The translations under genes and the position numbers were made by a program. From an uncultured Gammaproteobacteria bacterium (GTDB lineage: Bacteria; Patescibacteriota; Patescibacteriia; SG8-24; DYFX01): a stretch of DNA of 64,000 nt. The notes below the pieces were generated by a model. That model was given only the letters and a program-made list of their open reading frames with translations. It had not been told where the DNA came from and ran no database searches. Below, one piece after another: positions 36,238-44,803 of this stretch (position 1 is its first letter; every line of letters begins with the position of its first letter). The DNA lies in contig CAZHHN010000001.1 of NCBI GenBank assembly GCA_964532415.1, positions 11,946 through 75,945 on the forward strand. The letters run 5' to 3'.

Positions 36238-36579
36238 ATGGAAATCAGTCGCTCAACGAAGAAGCTGTCATTGTGGACCGTGCTTCTCGGTGTATTGCCA
36301 TTTGTGATTTATGCCGTTGAACGTGCCCTTGGGAAACTGCCGTCTGCAACTGATTGGTACAAGGGCGGTACCAATCATGGTCCTTGGCGATGGGAGCTCG
36401 AAGGTTTCACGATACTTTATCCAGTTATGATTCTGGCGGTGATAACTGCTATCAAGTCGATTGCCGAAGGGCAGGAAAGAAAAAAGTGGCAACCAGTTCT
36501 GATCGGTGGGGGGCTGATCGTGCTTCAAGCCGTCATCCTGTATGCCCAGTTAGTGGTACTTAATTGGACGGTGAATTGA
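36238..36579 (+). CDS. Small 3-TM membrane protein, putative immunity protein for the RHS C-terminal toxin
   Basis: Starts 1 nt after the RHS stop (TAGTATG). Three hydrophobic helices. Low GC like the toxin tip. Confidence 0.5.
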   Translation: MEISRSTKKLSLWTVLLGVLPFVIYAVERALGKLPSATDWYKGGTNHGPWRWELEGFTILYPVMILAVITAIKSIAEGQERKKWQPVLIGGGLIVLQAVILYAQLVVLNWTVN

Positions 36580-36598
36580 ATCACCAACGAGCCTACCT

Positions 36599-36853
36599 AT
36601 GAACACGGCTTCAAATGAAGAACTGGTGAAGACTGTGGGTGCGGTCGTTATTGGTACGCCTAGCGGCCTTAAGGCGCAGGAGGCGCAAGCGGAATTAAAT
36701 AGGAGGTTGATTGAGAAAATGGAGGCGCTCGTGACCAGTCTCGACAAGAATAATGAGACTACAGAACGGTTCAATCGCCGAACGCTTCAATTGACTTGGG
36801 CGATGGCGGTACTTGCTGTCGTGCAAATTGTGATTCCGTTCCTGCGCAATTGA
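36599..36853 (+). CDS. Small hypothetical protein with C-terminal TM helix
   Basis: 84-aa ORF in the low-GC cassette. Hydrophobic tail TWAMAVLAVVQIVIPFL. Confidence 0.35.
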   Translation: MNTASNEELVKTVGAVVIGTPSGLKAQEAQAELNRRLIEKMEALVTSLDKNNETTERFNRRTLQLTWAMAVLAVVQIVIPFLRN

Positions 36854-36955
36854 TGCGCGTGGATCCGCGACTATCGCGTGGTTCTTCTTCCATGCTCCGA
36901 CGTAGGGGTTTAGGAAAGGCATCGTAGGCTGATTGGTTAAAGCAAAGAAGAGAGT

Positions 36956-38149
36956 ATGCTGGACAAGCGACTAGAAGATGTTGCGGTCGGGGACATTCAA
37001 GCGTTGGTGGAGAACAGTGTCCTCGAAAGAAAGACATTAGAGTACAAGTCAGAACTTCCCGAGAAAATAGACGACAGTAAAAGGGAGTTTTTGAAGGATG
37101 TTTCTTCCTTCGCGAACACTCTCGGAGGCGACTTGATATACGGTGTTCGAGAAGATGAGGGAATTTTAGATCCTAAAATCGGCTTGGTCGCGATAGACGC
37201 CGACGCGGAGATAGCGAGGTTGGAAAACATTATCCGCGACGGGATCTCCCCGAGAATTTCTGTGGAGATACGACCGATTCAATGGGAAGACAAAACTGTG
37301 TTGGTGCTGCGGATACGGGCCAGCCTGCAAGCGCCACATCGGGTCGTCTTTGGCGGGCACGACAAGTTTTACAAGCGGAACAGCAACGGAAAGTATCCAA
37401 TGGATGTGGGCGAGCTGCGGGTCGCCTTCTTGCAGTCAGGCGAGATTGTGGAACGTATCCGGCGGTTCCGGGAAGTACGGATTTCGGATATACAAGCGGA
37501 TGAGGCACCGCTACCCGTGATGTCGACAGATAGGTTTATCGGGATTCACATCATTCCTCTGTCCGCATTCAATGCCACGCAACGCTTGTCGCCACGAGTC
37601 ATCGAGGATATGAACGATGGCAAGGAGAGTCTGTTCACGCCGTTTCCGAATGTTCGCGGCTACAGCCACCACATCAATCTGGAGGGTGTAGTCCTCTACA
37701 CACCCAATCAGGAAAAAGGGTCGTGGCACTATACGCAGCTGTATCGTGACGGAAAAATCGAAGTATATGACAGTGTGAAGCTGACTGGGGCGGCGGGGTC
37801 ACAAAACAAGACGATTGCTATGTATGATTTGGAGGTATCGACGCTGGCTTATGTAGATAAGATGCGAAAGATGCTCGATAAGCTTGGCTTTGACCCGCCC
37901 TATTATGTGTTTGTTTCCTTGGTTGGAGTGCACGGCCTGACGGTGCATGTGCCATTTGGCACATTCGAACGCCCCGTGCCGATCAGGCAGAAGGACTTGC
38001 TGTTGCCAGAAGTGCTGTTGGAAAAATCCGAGGATGATCTCGCTCAGAAATTGAAGCCTGTGTTCGATATGGTTTGGAACGCGGCCGGTATCAGCGAGTC
38101 GCCAAATTTCACAGAGCAAGCTCCTTCGGTAGAACAAGTTGCTGGTTAG
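36956..38149 (+). CDS. AlbA_2 (Schlafen-like divergent AAA / putative DNA-binding) domain protein
   Basis: N-terminal ...ERKTLEYKSELPEKIDDSKREFLKDVSSFANTLGGDLIYGV... matches the AlbA_2 signature (ExK...L...aaFaNt.GG.L.iGV). 397 aa, low GC. Confidence 0.65.
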   Translation: MLDKRLEDVAVGDIQALVENSVLERKTLEYKSELPEKIDDSKREFLKDVSSFANTLGGDLIYGVREDEGILDPKIGLVAIDADAEIARLENIIRDGISPRISVEIRPIQWEDKTVLVLRIRASLQAPHRVVFGGHDKFYKRNSNGKYPMDVGELRVAFLQSGEIVERIRRFREVRISDIQADEAPLPVMSTDRFIGIHIIPLSAFNATQRLSPRVIEDMNDGKESLFTPFPNVRGYSHHINLEGVVLYTPNQEKGSWHYTQLYRDGKIEVYDSVKLTGAAGSQNKTIAMYDLEVSTLAYVDKMRKMLDKLGFDPPYYVFVSLVGVHGLTVHVPFGTFERPVPIRQKDLLLPEVLLEKSEDDLAQKLKPVFDMVWNAAGISESPNFTEQAPSVEQVAG

Positions 38150-38314
38150 GGTGGGCTCGCGGATTACTTGTTGGATTTTCTTCCGTGCCCGCGCTGGGGT
38201 TTAGGAAAGGTGTCGTTACAACCGTCTATCCGCCGTTCTGCTTCATTACCCTACCTAGAGCGCCTGTTGGTAACCAAAAAGCGTCGATTAACTCCCGCTG
38301 TACGCCCAAGCCCC

Positions 38315-38794
38315 ATGCTCACCAGTCAAGCTCGGCGTGTCGTCCTGGATACGAGCGTCGTCATCTCCGGGATCCACGCCAAGGAGAACGACCATGAGGA
38401 ATCGAACTTGCTGCTGATCCTGCGGTGGTTCGAGGCCGGACATTTCTTGCTTGAATCCAACGCCAAGATACTCGATGAGTACCGCCGCAAGATGCGCGAG
38501 AAGCTGCAAGATGGTTTCCTGAAAAAGCCGGAGGTGGTCGGGATCTATTTCAATATGTTTCAGGACAAGGCGCTGTTCGATCGGCTTCTCGTTACTCCTC
38601 CGATTTACATTCCGGCTGATCCCACCGACAACATCTACTTCGCCAGCAACAACTGCCTCACCGCAGACTACTTGGTTACGTCGAACACCAAACACTTCAC
38701 TTCGGAGATCCAGCAGGATCTAGTACAGCTTGGGAGCAAACTGAGAATCGTCACGCCGGCAGAGTTCGTGGCAGCAGTCAGGCAGGAGAATTGA
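38315..38794 (+). CDS. PIN-domain nuclease (TA-toxin-like PIN family)
   Basis: RVVLDTSVVISGI at the N-terminus (first acidic PIN residue). ...YLVTSNTKHF near the C-terminus (third/fourth acidic region). About 160 aa. The ORF-track start at 38168 is probably too early. Confidence 0.65.
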   Translation: MLTSQARRVVLDTSVVISGIHAKENDHEESNLLLILRWFEAGHFLLESNAKILDEYRRKMREKLQDGFLKKPEVVGIYFNMFQDKALFDRLLVTPPIYIPADPTDNIYFASNNCLTADYLVTSNTKHFTSEIQQDLVQLGSKLRIVTPAEFVAAVRQEN

Positions 38795-38833
38795 TGGCTG
38801 GCATCATGGGACGCAGCTCGAGCTTTAAGATGA

Positions 38834-39034
38834 CGTGATGCCTATGCGGCGTCCAGGCGAACTGTCGACAACTCACTGGAAGCCGGAGCGGGTGTCGGCC
38901 AGCGCACTTTTGCGGGGCATGAGTATGACGTGGGCACGAATCTCAGCTACATGGGAGCCCGCTATTACGACCCGGCGATCGGAAGGTTCCTATCGGAAGA
39001 CCCGATGTTCTTGGCTGTCGGTACCGGATGCTGA
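38834..39034 (+). pseudogene. Start-less orphan fragment of an RHS core / C-terminal junction (displaced ancestral RHS tip)
   Basis: In-frame translation ...TFAGHEYDVGTNLSYMGARYYDPAIGRFLSEDPMFLAVGTGC* parallels FAGQEYDVGTGLSYMGARYYDAGVGRFLSQDPAFLAVGD at 35431-35560 of the intact RHS gene. There is no ATG between the upstream in-frame stop (38831) and the fragment. High GC like the host. Confidence 0.7.
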
Positions 39035-39076
39035 CTCTTGCCAACCCGCTTTTCGTCATGTAGGATGGCCACGTTC

Positions 39077-39151
39077 CGGAATGTAGCTCAGCGGTAGAGC
39101 GCTCGCTTCGGGTGCGAGAGGTCGCAGGTTCAATCCCTGTCATTCCGACCA
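39077..39151 (+). tRNA. tRNA-Pro (anticodon CGG)
   Basis: Acceptor CGGAATG/CATTCCG, D-arm GCTC-AGCGGTA-GAGC, anticodon stem CTCGC/GCGAG with loop TTCGGGT, T-loop TTCAATC, encoded CCA. Confidence 0.8.
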
Positions 39152-39245
39152 TGGAAGGTCCCCGTTACGCGCGGGGATTTTCCTTTTCCGGGCCGTCCAC
39201 CCCTTGGCTTGACCCGTTCGCCTTACGTTCGTGTAGGATGGAAGC

Positions 39246-40517
39246 ATGGACCTCTTTGCCCATCAATCCGAAAAAACCAAGCAGACGCACGCGCCGTTGG
39301 CCGAACTGATGCGGCCGGCGACGCTCGACGATTTCGTCGGTCAGGAAGCGCTGGTCGGGCCCGGTTCCGCCTTCCGGACGCTGCTCGAGCTGGACGCCAT
39401 CCCGTCCATGATCTTCTGGGGTCCGCCCGGCGTCGGCAAAACCACCCTGGCGCGCATCATCGCCGGCATGACCGCATCGCGCTTCGTGCCGCTTTCGGCC
39501 ACCACCTCCGGCATCGCGGAGCTGAAGAAATCCGTCGGGGAAGCCCGCGAGTGCCGGCTGCTGCGCGCCGAGCGCACGATCGTTTTCGTCGACGAGATCC
39601 ACCGCTGGAACAAGGCCCAGCAGGACGCCTTCCTGCCGCACGTCGAAGACGGCACCGTCACGTTGATCGGCGCCACCACCGAGAACCCCTCGTTCGAAAT
39701 CAACGGCGCGCTCCTTTCGCGCAGCCGGGTGTTCGTGCTGCAGCCGCTCTCGACCGGGGCGATCGAAACGCTGCTCGCCCGCGCTCTCACGCTCGTCCGG
39801 GAGCGTGCGGTCTATCCCTACAGGATCCGGCCCGGAAAAGGCGCGCTGCATTATCTGGCGGCCGTGGCGAACGGCGACGGGCGCTCGGCCCTGAACGGCC
39901 TCGAACTCGGATTGCGCAGCGTTCGGCCGGACGCCAGGGGCGTGGTACACTTGAAAAAGGAAGCGCTCTCCAGGACGCTTCAAAAGAACCATCTTCTGTA
40001 CGACCGGCAGGGCGAGGAGCATTACAACGTCATTTCGGCGCTGCACAAGTCGATGCGCGGATCGGACGTCAACGCCGCGCTCTATTGGCTCGGCCGCATG
40101 CTCGAGGCGGGGGAGGACCCGCTCTACGTCGCCCGGCGCGTCACACGTTTCGCCTCCGAAGACATCGGCTTGGCCGATCCGCAGGCGCTTGTGCAGTGCG
40201 TGGCGGCGACCCAGGCCTGCCACCAGATCGGCCTGCCGGAATGCAACGTCATCCTCGCCCAAGCCGTGGCCTACTGCGCCCGCGCCCCGAAATCCAACGC
40301 GCTCTATGCCGCCTACGGCAGAGTGCAGTCCGACATCCGCGAGTTCCCGAACGAAGGCGTGCCGCTGCATCTGCGCAGCGCGCCCACCAAGCTGATGAAG
40401 GATCTCGGCTACGGGAAAGGCTACAAATACAATCCGGATTTTTCGGAACCGGTCGATCAGGACTACCTGCCGCCTTCGCTCAAAGGGCGCATCTATCTCG
40501 ATGAGAAAAAAGATTAA
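39246..40517 (+). CDS. rarA: Replication-associated recombination protein A (MgsA/WRNIP-family AAA+ ATPase)
   Basis: Walker A GPPGVGKTTLA and Walker B IVFVDEIHR. The C-terminal MgsA helical region includes the HYNVISALHKSMRGSD motif. Confidence 0.9.
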   Translation: MDLFAHQSEKTKQTHAPLAELMRPATLDDFVGQEALVGPGSAFRTLLELDAIPSMIFWGPPGVGKTTLARIIAGMTASRFVPLSATTSGIAELKKSVGEARECRLLRAERTIVFVDEIHRWNKAQQDAFLPHVEDGTVTLIGATTENPSFEINGALLSRSRVFVLQPLSTGAIETLLARALTLVRERAVYPYRIRPGKGALHYLAAVANGDGRSALNGLELGLRSVRPDARGVVHLKKEALSRTLQKNHLLYDRQGEEHYNVISALHKSMRGSDVNAALYWLGRMLEAGEDPLYVARRVTRFASEDIGLADPQALVQCVAATQACHQIGLPECNVILAQAVAYCARAPKSNALYAAYGRVQSDIREFPNEGVPLHLRSAPTKLMKDLGYGKGYKYNPDFSEPVDQDYLPPSLKGRIYLDEKKD

Positions 40518-41688
40518 CATCGCCATCGCAGCCGTCCTGCTGGCCGCTTTCGCGGGGCTGTTCTTGTGGCTCCGCCATCCCGCGCCGCAGGCCGTTCTGC
40601 GCCGCGCGCAGGGTCTTCTGGCTTCGGAAAAAACCATGCACGTCGAAGCGATCGGCAGCCTGCTCGGCGCTTCGGCGGCGGCCGGACCGCTGGCGTCCGA
40701 CGCGACCGGTGTCGACATGACCGTGCACGCCGATCTCGACCGGACCGATCCTCTCAAGCCCGCCTCCGCGCTGACCTTCGAATTCCGCCAGCAGGCCGAC
40801 GGCAGGCTCTCGAAGCTTTCCGGCGAAACGCGCCGCAAAGACGGCGCCCATTACCTTCGCCTGGATGCCGCCGACAATCTCGACAGCCCCGACGTCCGCA
40901 AGTTGATCGGCCTCTGGGTCAGGCATGACCGGCCGTTCTCCGAATTTCTCGTTCCGCCCGGCGAAGCCGCCTTGTCCGCGCGGCCGCTGGATACCGCCGG
41001 TCTCGAAGCGCTGCGGAAAGCGGTCGCGACGCTCGATCTCTTCAAAGTCCGGAAAACGCTTCCAGCCGAAACCATCGGCGGCCAGGAGGCCGATCATTTC
41101 GTCGTCGAAGCCGACATGCAGGCGCTTTCCGCGCTGCTCATGAAATACCGACAGCTGCGCTCGTCCGCCGAACTGGCTCCGGCCGACGTGCTGGCGGTCA
41201 CCGATCAGATCATCCGTTGGGGCCAGCCCTACGGCGAAGTCTGGATCGGGCGGCGCGACGGACGCTTCCTGCGCCTGCAGCTCCAGACGCAGCTTTCGGC
41301 CGCCGACGGATCGACGGCCGGCGGGGCCATTCTCCGCCTCGATTTCAGCAATTACGGCCTGCCGGTCGCGGTGCAGGCGCCCGACGCGCGTGACGTGCAG
41401 GACGTGCTGGGACCGTCGTTCCTGAAGCGCCTGAACCTGGCCGGGGATCGCGCGGTCTCGGCTGCGGTCGGGAGCGGCACCGGCACTCTCGGACTGCCGA
41501 ACGGCCAGTCCTTCGCGGTCGCCGCGACCGATAGCGACCGGGACGGCTTGTCCGACAGTCAGGAAGCGTTTTATGGCAGCGATCCGTGGAATCCCGACAC
41601 CGACGGCGACGGGTGGACGGACGGCCTGGAAGTCGAAAAGGGGATGAATCCGAACGGTCCCGGCACGCTCTTCGGTTTCGGCTTATGA
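40501..41688 (+). CDS. Membrane-anchored hypothetical protein with C-terminal thrombospondin-type-3-like Ca-binding repeats
   Basis: N-terminal TM (INIAIAAVLLAAFAGLFLWL). C-terminal DSDRDGLSDSQE...DTDGDGWTDGLE aspartate-rich repeats. Confidence 0.5.
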   Translation: MRKKINIAIAAVLLAAFAGLFLWLRHPAPQAVLRRAQGLLASEKTMHVEAIGSLLGASAAAGPLASDATGVDMTVHADLDRTDPLKPASALTFEFRQQADGRLSKLSGETRRKDGAHYLRLDAADNLDSPDVRKLIGLWVRHDRPFSEFLVPPGEAALSARPLDTAGLEALRKAVATLDLFKVRKTLPAETIGGQEADHFVVEADMQALSALLMKYRQLRSSAELAPADVLAVTDQIIRWGQPYGEVWIGRRDGRFLRLQLQTQLSAADGSTAGGAILRLDFSNYGLPVAVQAPDARDVQDVLGPSFLKRLNLAGDRAVSAAVGSGTGTLGLPNGQSFAVAATDSDRDGLSDSQEAFYGSDPWNPDTDGDGWTDGLEVEKGMNPNGPGTLFGFGL

Positions 41689-43388
41689 CGCGCCTGCGCT
41701 TCGTCCGGCTGGGATTTTTGGTCGTGAGCCTGGTGATCGTCGCGCAGCTTTTCCGGGTACAGGTGCTGGCGCACGATTTTTATTCGGCGTTGGCCGAAGG
41801 TCAGCACGACCTGTTCCGACATCTCTTCCCGGAGCGCGGCCGCATTTATGCGCATGACGGCGGCGCGGGCGATCAGATGTTCCTTCTGGCCACCAACCGC
41901 AAGTTGAACCTGCTGTACGCCGAACCGAATCATCTGAAGGACCCGGCCGCCGCCGCCCGGGCGATTGCGCCGATCCTCGGCATGGAACCCGCCGATATCG
42001 CGGCGAAAATTTCCGATCCGAAGGAGCGTTATCGCGTCGTCGCCCGCAAGCTCGACGACAATGCGCGCGCCAAAGTCGAGGCGCTCAAGATCGACGGCCT
42101 CGGTTTCAGCGAGGAAGACGCCCGTTTCTACCCGGAGGGCCGCTTCGGCGCGCAGGCGGTCGGCTTCGTGGGCGAAAGCGCCCAAGGCCGGAGCGGGCAC
42201 TACGGCATCGAAGGCTGGTACGACGCTGAGCTCTCCGGCAGCCAGGGCTATCTCGAATCGCAGAAAGATTCGGTCGGACGCCTGATCGCCGTCGGCAATC
42301 ACACGCTCAAGCCGGCCAAGGACGGCGACGATATCGTGCTGACGATCGACCGCACCGTCCAATACGTGGCCTGCCAGAAGCTGGAGGAAGCCGTGCAAAA
42401 ACACCAGGCCGAACGGGGCAGCCTGGTCATTCTGGATCCGAAAACCGGCGCGATCGTCGCCATGTGCAACGCGCCGGTTTTCGATCCCAACGACTACGGC
42501 AACGTCGGGAATCCCGACGTCTACAACAATGCCGCAATTTTCAGCGCCTATGAACCCGGTTCGGTCTTCAAGACGGTCACGATGGCCGGCGCCGTCGACG
42601 CCGGCCGGGTCACGCCGGACACGGTTTTCGACGATCCGGGCGAGGTGAAGATCGGGCCGTTCACCATCCGCAACTCGGATCTCAAGGCGCATGGGCGCGT
42701 CACGATGACCGACGTGCTGGCCGAATCGCTCAACACCGGGCTGGTCGAAGTCGCCCACCGCCTGGGCGCGCCAAGTTTTTTGAAGTACGCGCGTGATTTC
42801 GGATTCGGCGAGAAAAGCGGAGTGACGCTCCAGTCCGAAGTGCCGGGCAACCTGAGCGCGCTCACCCGGAACGGCGACATCTGGTCGGCCACCGCCTCGT
42901 TCGGCCAGGGCATCACGACGACCGTCCTTCAGCTGGCTGCCGCCTACGGGGCGATCGCCAACAAGGGCCTGCTGATGAAGCCGTACGTCGTCGACGAGAT
43001 CCGTTCGGTCGACGGCCAGGTTCGCAGGACCAAGCCGCAGTCGGTCCGTCAGGTCGTGAGCGCGCATACCGCCGATCTCGTGACCGGCATGCTGGTGGCC
43101 GTGGTCGAGCGCGGGCACGGAAAGCGCGCCGGCGTGCCGGGCTATTGGATCGGCGGCAAGACGGGCACGGCGCAGATCCCAAACGCCAACGGTCCGGGCT
43201 ACGAAGCCGGGCCGACCATCGGTACCTTCGCCGGCTTCGGGCCGATCGACGATCCGAAGTTCGTGATGGTCGTCCGGCTCGACCGGCCCAAAGACGTGCA
43301 GTTCGCCGAATCGTCAGCCGCGCCGCTCTTCGGCGAGATCGCCAAATTCCTCCTCGATTATTATCGCATCGCGCCCACGCGCGCCTGA
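41685..43388 (+). CDS. Class B penicillin-binding protein (PBP2/FtsI-type peptidoglycan D,D-transpeptidase)
   Basis: ATGA overlap with the upstream gene. N-terminal TM, then the SxxK (GSVFKT), SxN (SLN) and KTGT (GKTGTA) active-site motifs. Confidence 0.85.
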   Translation: MTRLRFVRLGFLVVSLVIVAQLFRVQVLAHDFYSALAEGQHDLFRHLFPERGRIYAHDGGAGDQMFLLATNRKLNLLYAEPNHLKDPAAAARAIAPILGMEPADIAAKISDPKERYRVVARKLDDNARAKVEALKIDGLGFSEEDARFYPEGRFGAQAVGFVGESAQGRSGHYGIEGWYDAELSGSQGYLESQKDSVGRLIAVGNHTLKPAKDGDDIVLTIDRTVQYVACQKLEEAVQKHQAERGSLVILDPKTGAIVAMCNAPVFDPNDYGNVGNPDVYNNAAIFSAYEPGSVFKTVTMAGAVDAGRVTPDTVFDDPGEVKIGPFTIRNSDLKAHGRVTMTDVLAESLNTGLVEVAHRLGAPSFLKYARDFGFGEKSGVTLQSEVPGNLSALTRNGDIWSATASFGQGITTTVLQLAAAYGAIANKGLLMKPYVVDEIRSVDGQVRRTKPQSVRQVVSAHTADLVTGMLVAVVERGHGKRAGVPGYWIGGKTGTAQIPNANGPGYEAGPTIGTFAGFGPIDDPKFVMVVRLDRPKDVQFAESSAAPLFGEIAKFLLDYYRIAPTRA

Positions 43389-43389
43389 T

Positions 43390-44664
43390 ATGCGGCATGC
43401 TCTGCAGGCGCTTCTGGCCTTCCTCGCCCGGGCCGTTCTGGCCCGTTATCGTCCGCGCATCGTGGCGGTGGCCGGTTCGGTCGGGAAAACTTCGACCACC
43501 CGCGCCGTGACGGCCGTGCTGGCGCGATCCTTTTCCGTCCGCGGCAGCGCCGGGAATCACAACAACGAGATCGGCGTGCCGCTCACCGTTCTCGGGGAGG
43601 CCAGGTCCGGCGGACGCTCGCCGTTCGTCTGGACCGGCATCCTCGCGCGCGGATTCCTGCTGGCCTTCGGTCCGGCGCGCGCCTATCCGAAGGTGCTGGT
43701 GCTCGAGATGGCCACCGATCATCCCGGCGATCTGGCCTATCTCACGTCGATCGCGTCGCCGGACGTGGCGGTGCTGACGGCCATCGCCGAAGAACACACC
43801 GAATTTCTCGGCGATCTCGACGGCGTGGCGCGGGAAGAGGGAGCGGTCGTGCATGCGCTTGGGCCGGAAGGGATCGCGGTCCTGAACGCGGACGATCCGC
43901 GGGTCGCCGCGCTGGCGGAAGGCTTGGGTGACCGCGCCGTCACGTTCGGATTCGGGGAATCCGCCCAGGTCCGTGCCGAACGTGTGGGTGCCGAACTCGC
44001 GCTCGGAACGGTCTTCACCCGGTTCGGTTTGCGAATCGGCGAACGATCGCTGCCGGTGAATCTCCCCGGCGCGCTTGGCGAGGGCAACGTCTATGCGGCG
44101 CTGGCGGCCGCTTCGGTCGCGCTGGCGCTTCGGATCGATCCGGCGCTCATCCCGTACGGCCTGGCCGAGTATCAGCCGCCGCCCGGGCGCCTGCGCGTTT
44201 TGCCCGGCATCAAAGGCGTGACGCTGCTCGACGACACCTACAACGCTTCGCCCCGGGCGGTCGAACTGGCGCTCAAAACTTTCCGCGCATTGCCGGCCGC
44301 CGGACGCAAGATCGCCGCGCTGGGCGACATGCTCGAGCTCGGCGCACTGACGGAAGAAGCGCATCGGCAGGTGGGCGCCGCGGCGGCCTCATCCGGGATC
44401 GATGTCCTGATCGGCGTCGGGCCGGCCTCGGTTTTCCTGTGCGAGGCGGCGCGGCGCTCCGGCTTGTCGGAAGATCGCGTTTTCCATTTCCCGAATGCCG
44501 GGGAGGCCGGCCGCTTCCTGCAGGAACGATTGCATCCCGGCGACGCGCTGCTCATCAAGGGTTCGCAGGGCATCCGGATGGAAAAGATCGTCAGGGAATT
44601 GATGGCCGAGCCCGGGCGCGCGGCCGAACTGCTCGTGCGCCAGTCCAAGGATTGGCTTGATTGA
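43390..44664 (+). CDS. murF: UDP-N-acetylmuramoyl-tripeptide--D-alanyl-D-alanine ligase
   Basis: P-loop GSVGKTSTT, NHNNEIGVPLT and Mur ligase middle/C-terminal domain patterns. Confidence 0.85.
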   Translation: MRHALQALLAFLARAVLARYRPRIVAVAGSVGKTSTTRAVTAVLARSFSVRGSAGNHNNEIGVPLTVLGEARSGGRSPFVWTGILARGFLLAFGPARAYPKVLVLEMATDHPGDLAYLTSIASPDVAVLTAIAEEHTEFLGDLDGVAREEGAVVHALGPEGIAVLNADDPRVAALAEGLGDRAVTFGFGESAQVRAERVGAELALGTVFTRFGLRIGERSLPVNLPGALGEGNVYAALAAASVALALRIDPALIPYGLAEYQPPPGRLRVLPGIKGVTLLDDTYNASPRAVELALKTFRALPAAGRKIAALGDMLELGALTEEAHRQVGAAAASSGIDVLIGVGPASVFLCEAARRSGLSEDRVFHFPNAGEAGRFLQERLHPGDALLIKGSQGIRMEKIVRELMAEPGRAAELLVRQSKDWLD

Positions 44665-44803
44665 GCTTAAAAATCGGGGTAAACGTAAAAAACCGGTTGA
44701 CAGAATCCGGTTTTTAGGGTACGTTGAGGCGTTTCCGGGGAATGATTTCCGGAAACGCGTTCATCGACAATACGCAACCCAGCCCGTTCGGCAGGAGGTT
44801 TCG

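Noticed and set aside
38835-39086. 83-aa ORF listed in the six-frame track over the RHS remnant
   Set aside because: It is in the +1 frame relative to the true RHS-junction homology. The meaningful reading is the start-less fragment annotated as a pseudogene.
39165-40838. 557-aa minus-strand ORF opposite rarA
   Set aside because: Antisense to an unambiguous AAA+ gene.
41571-44364. Two long minus-strand ORFs (515 and 483 aa) opposite PBP2 and murF
   Set aside because: Antisense to genes with SxxK/SxN/KTGT and Mur-ligase motifs.
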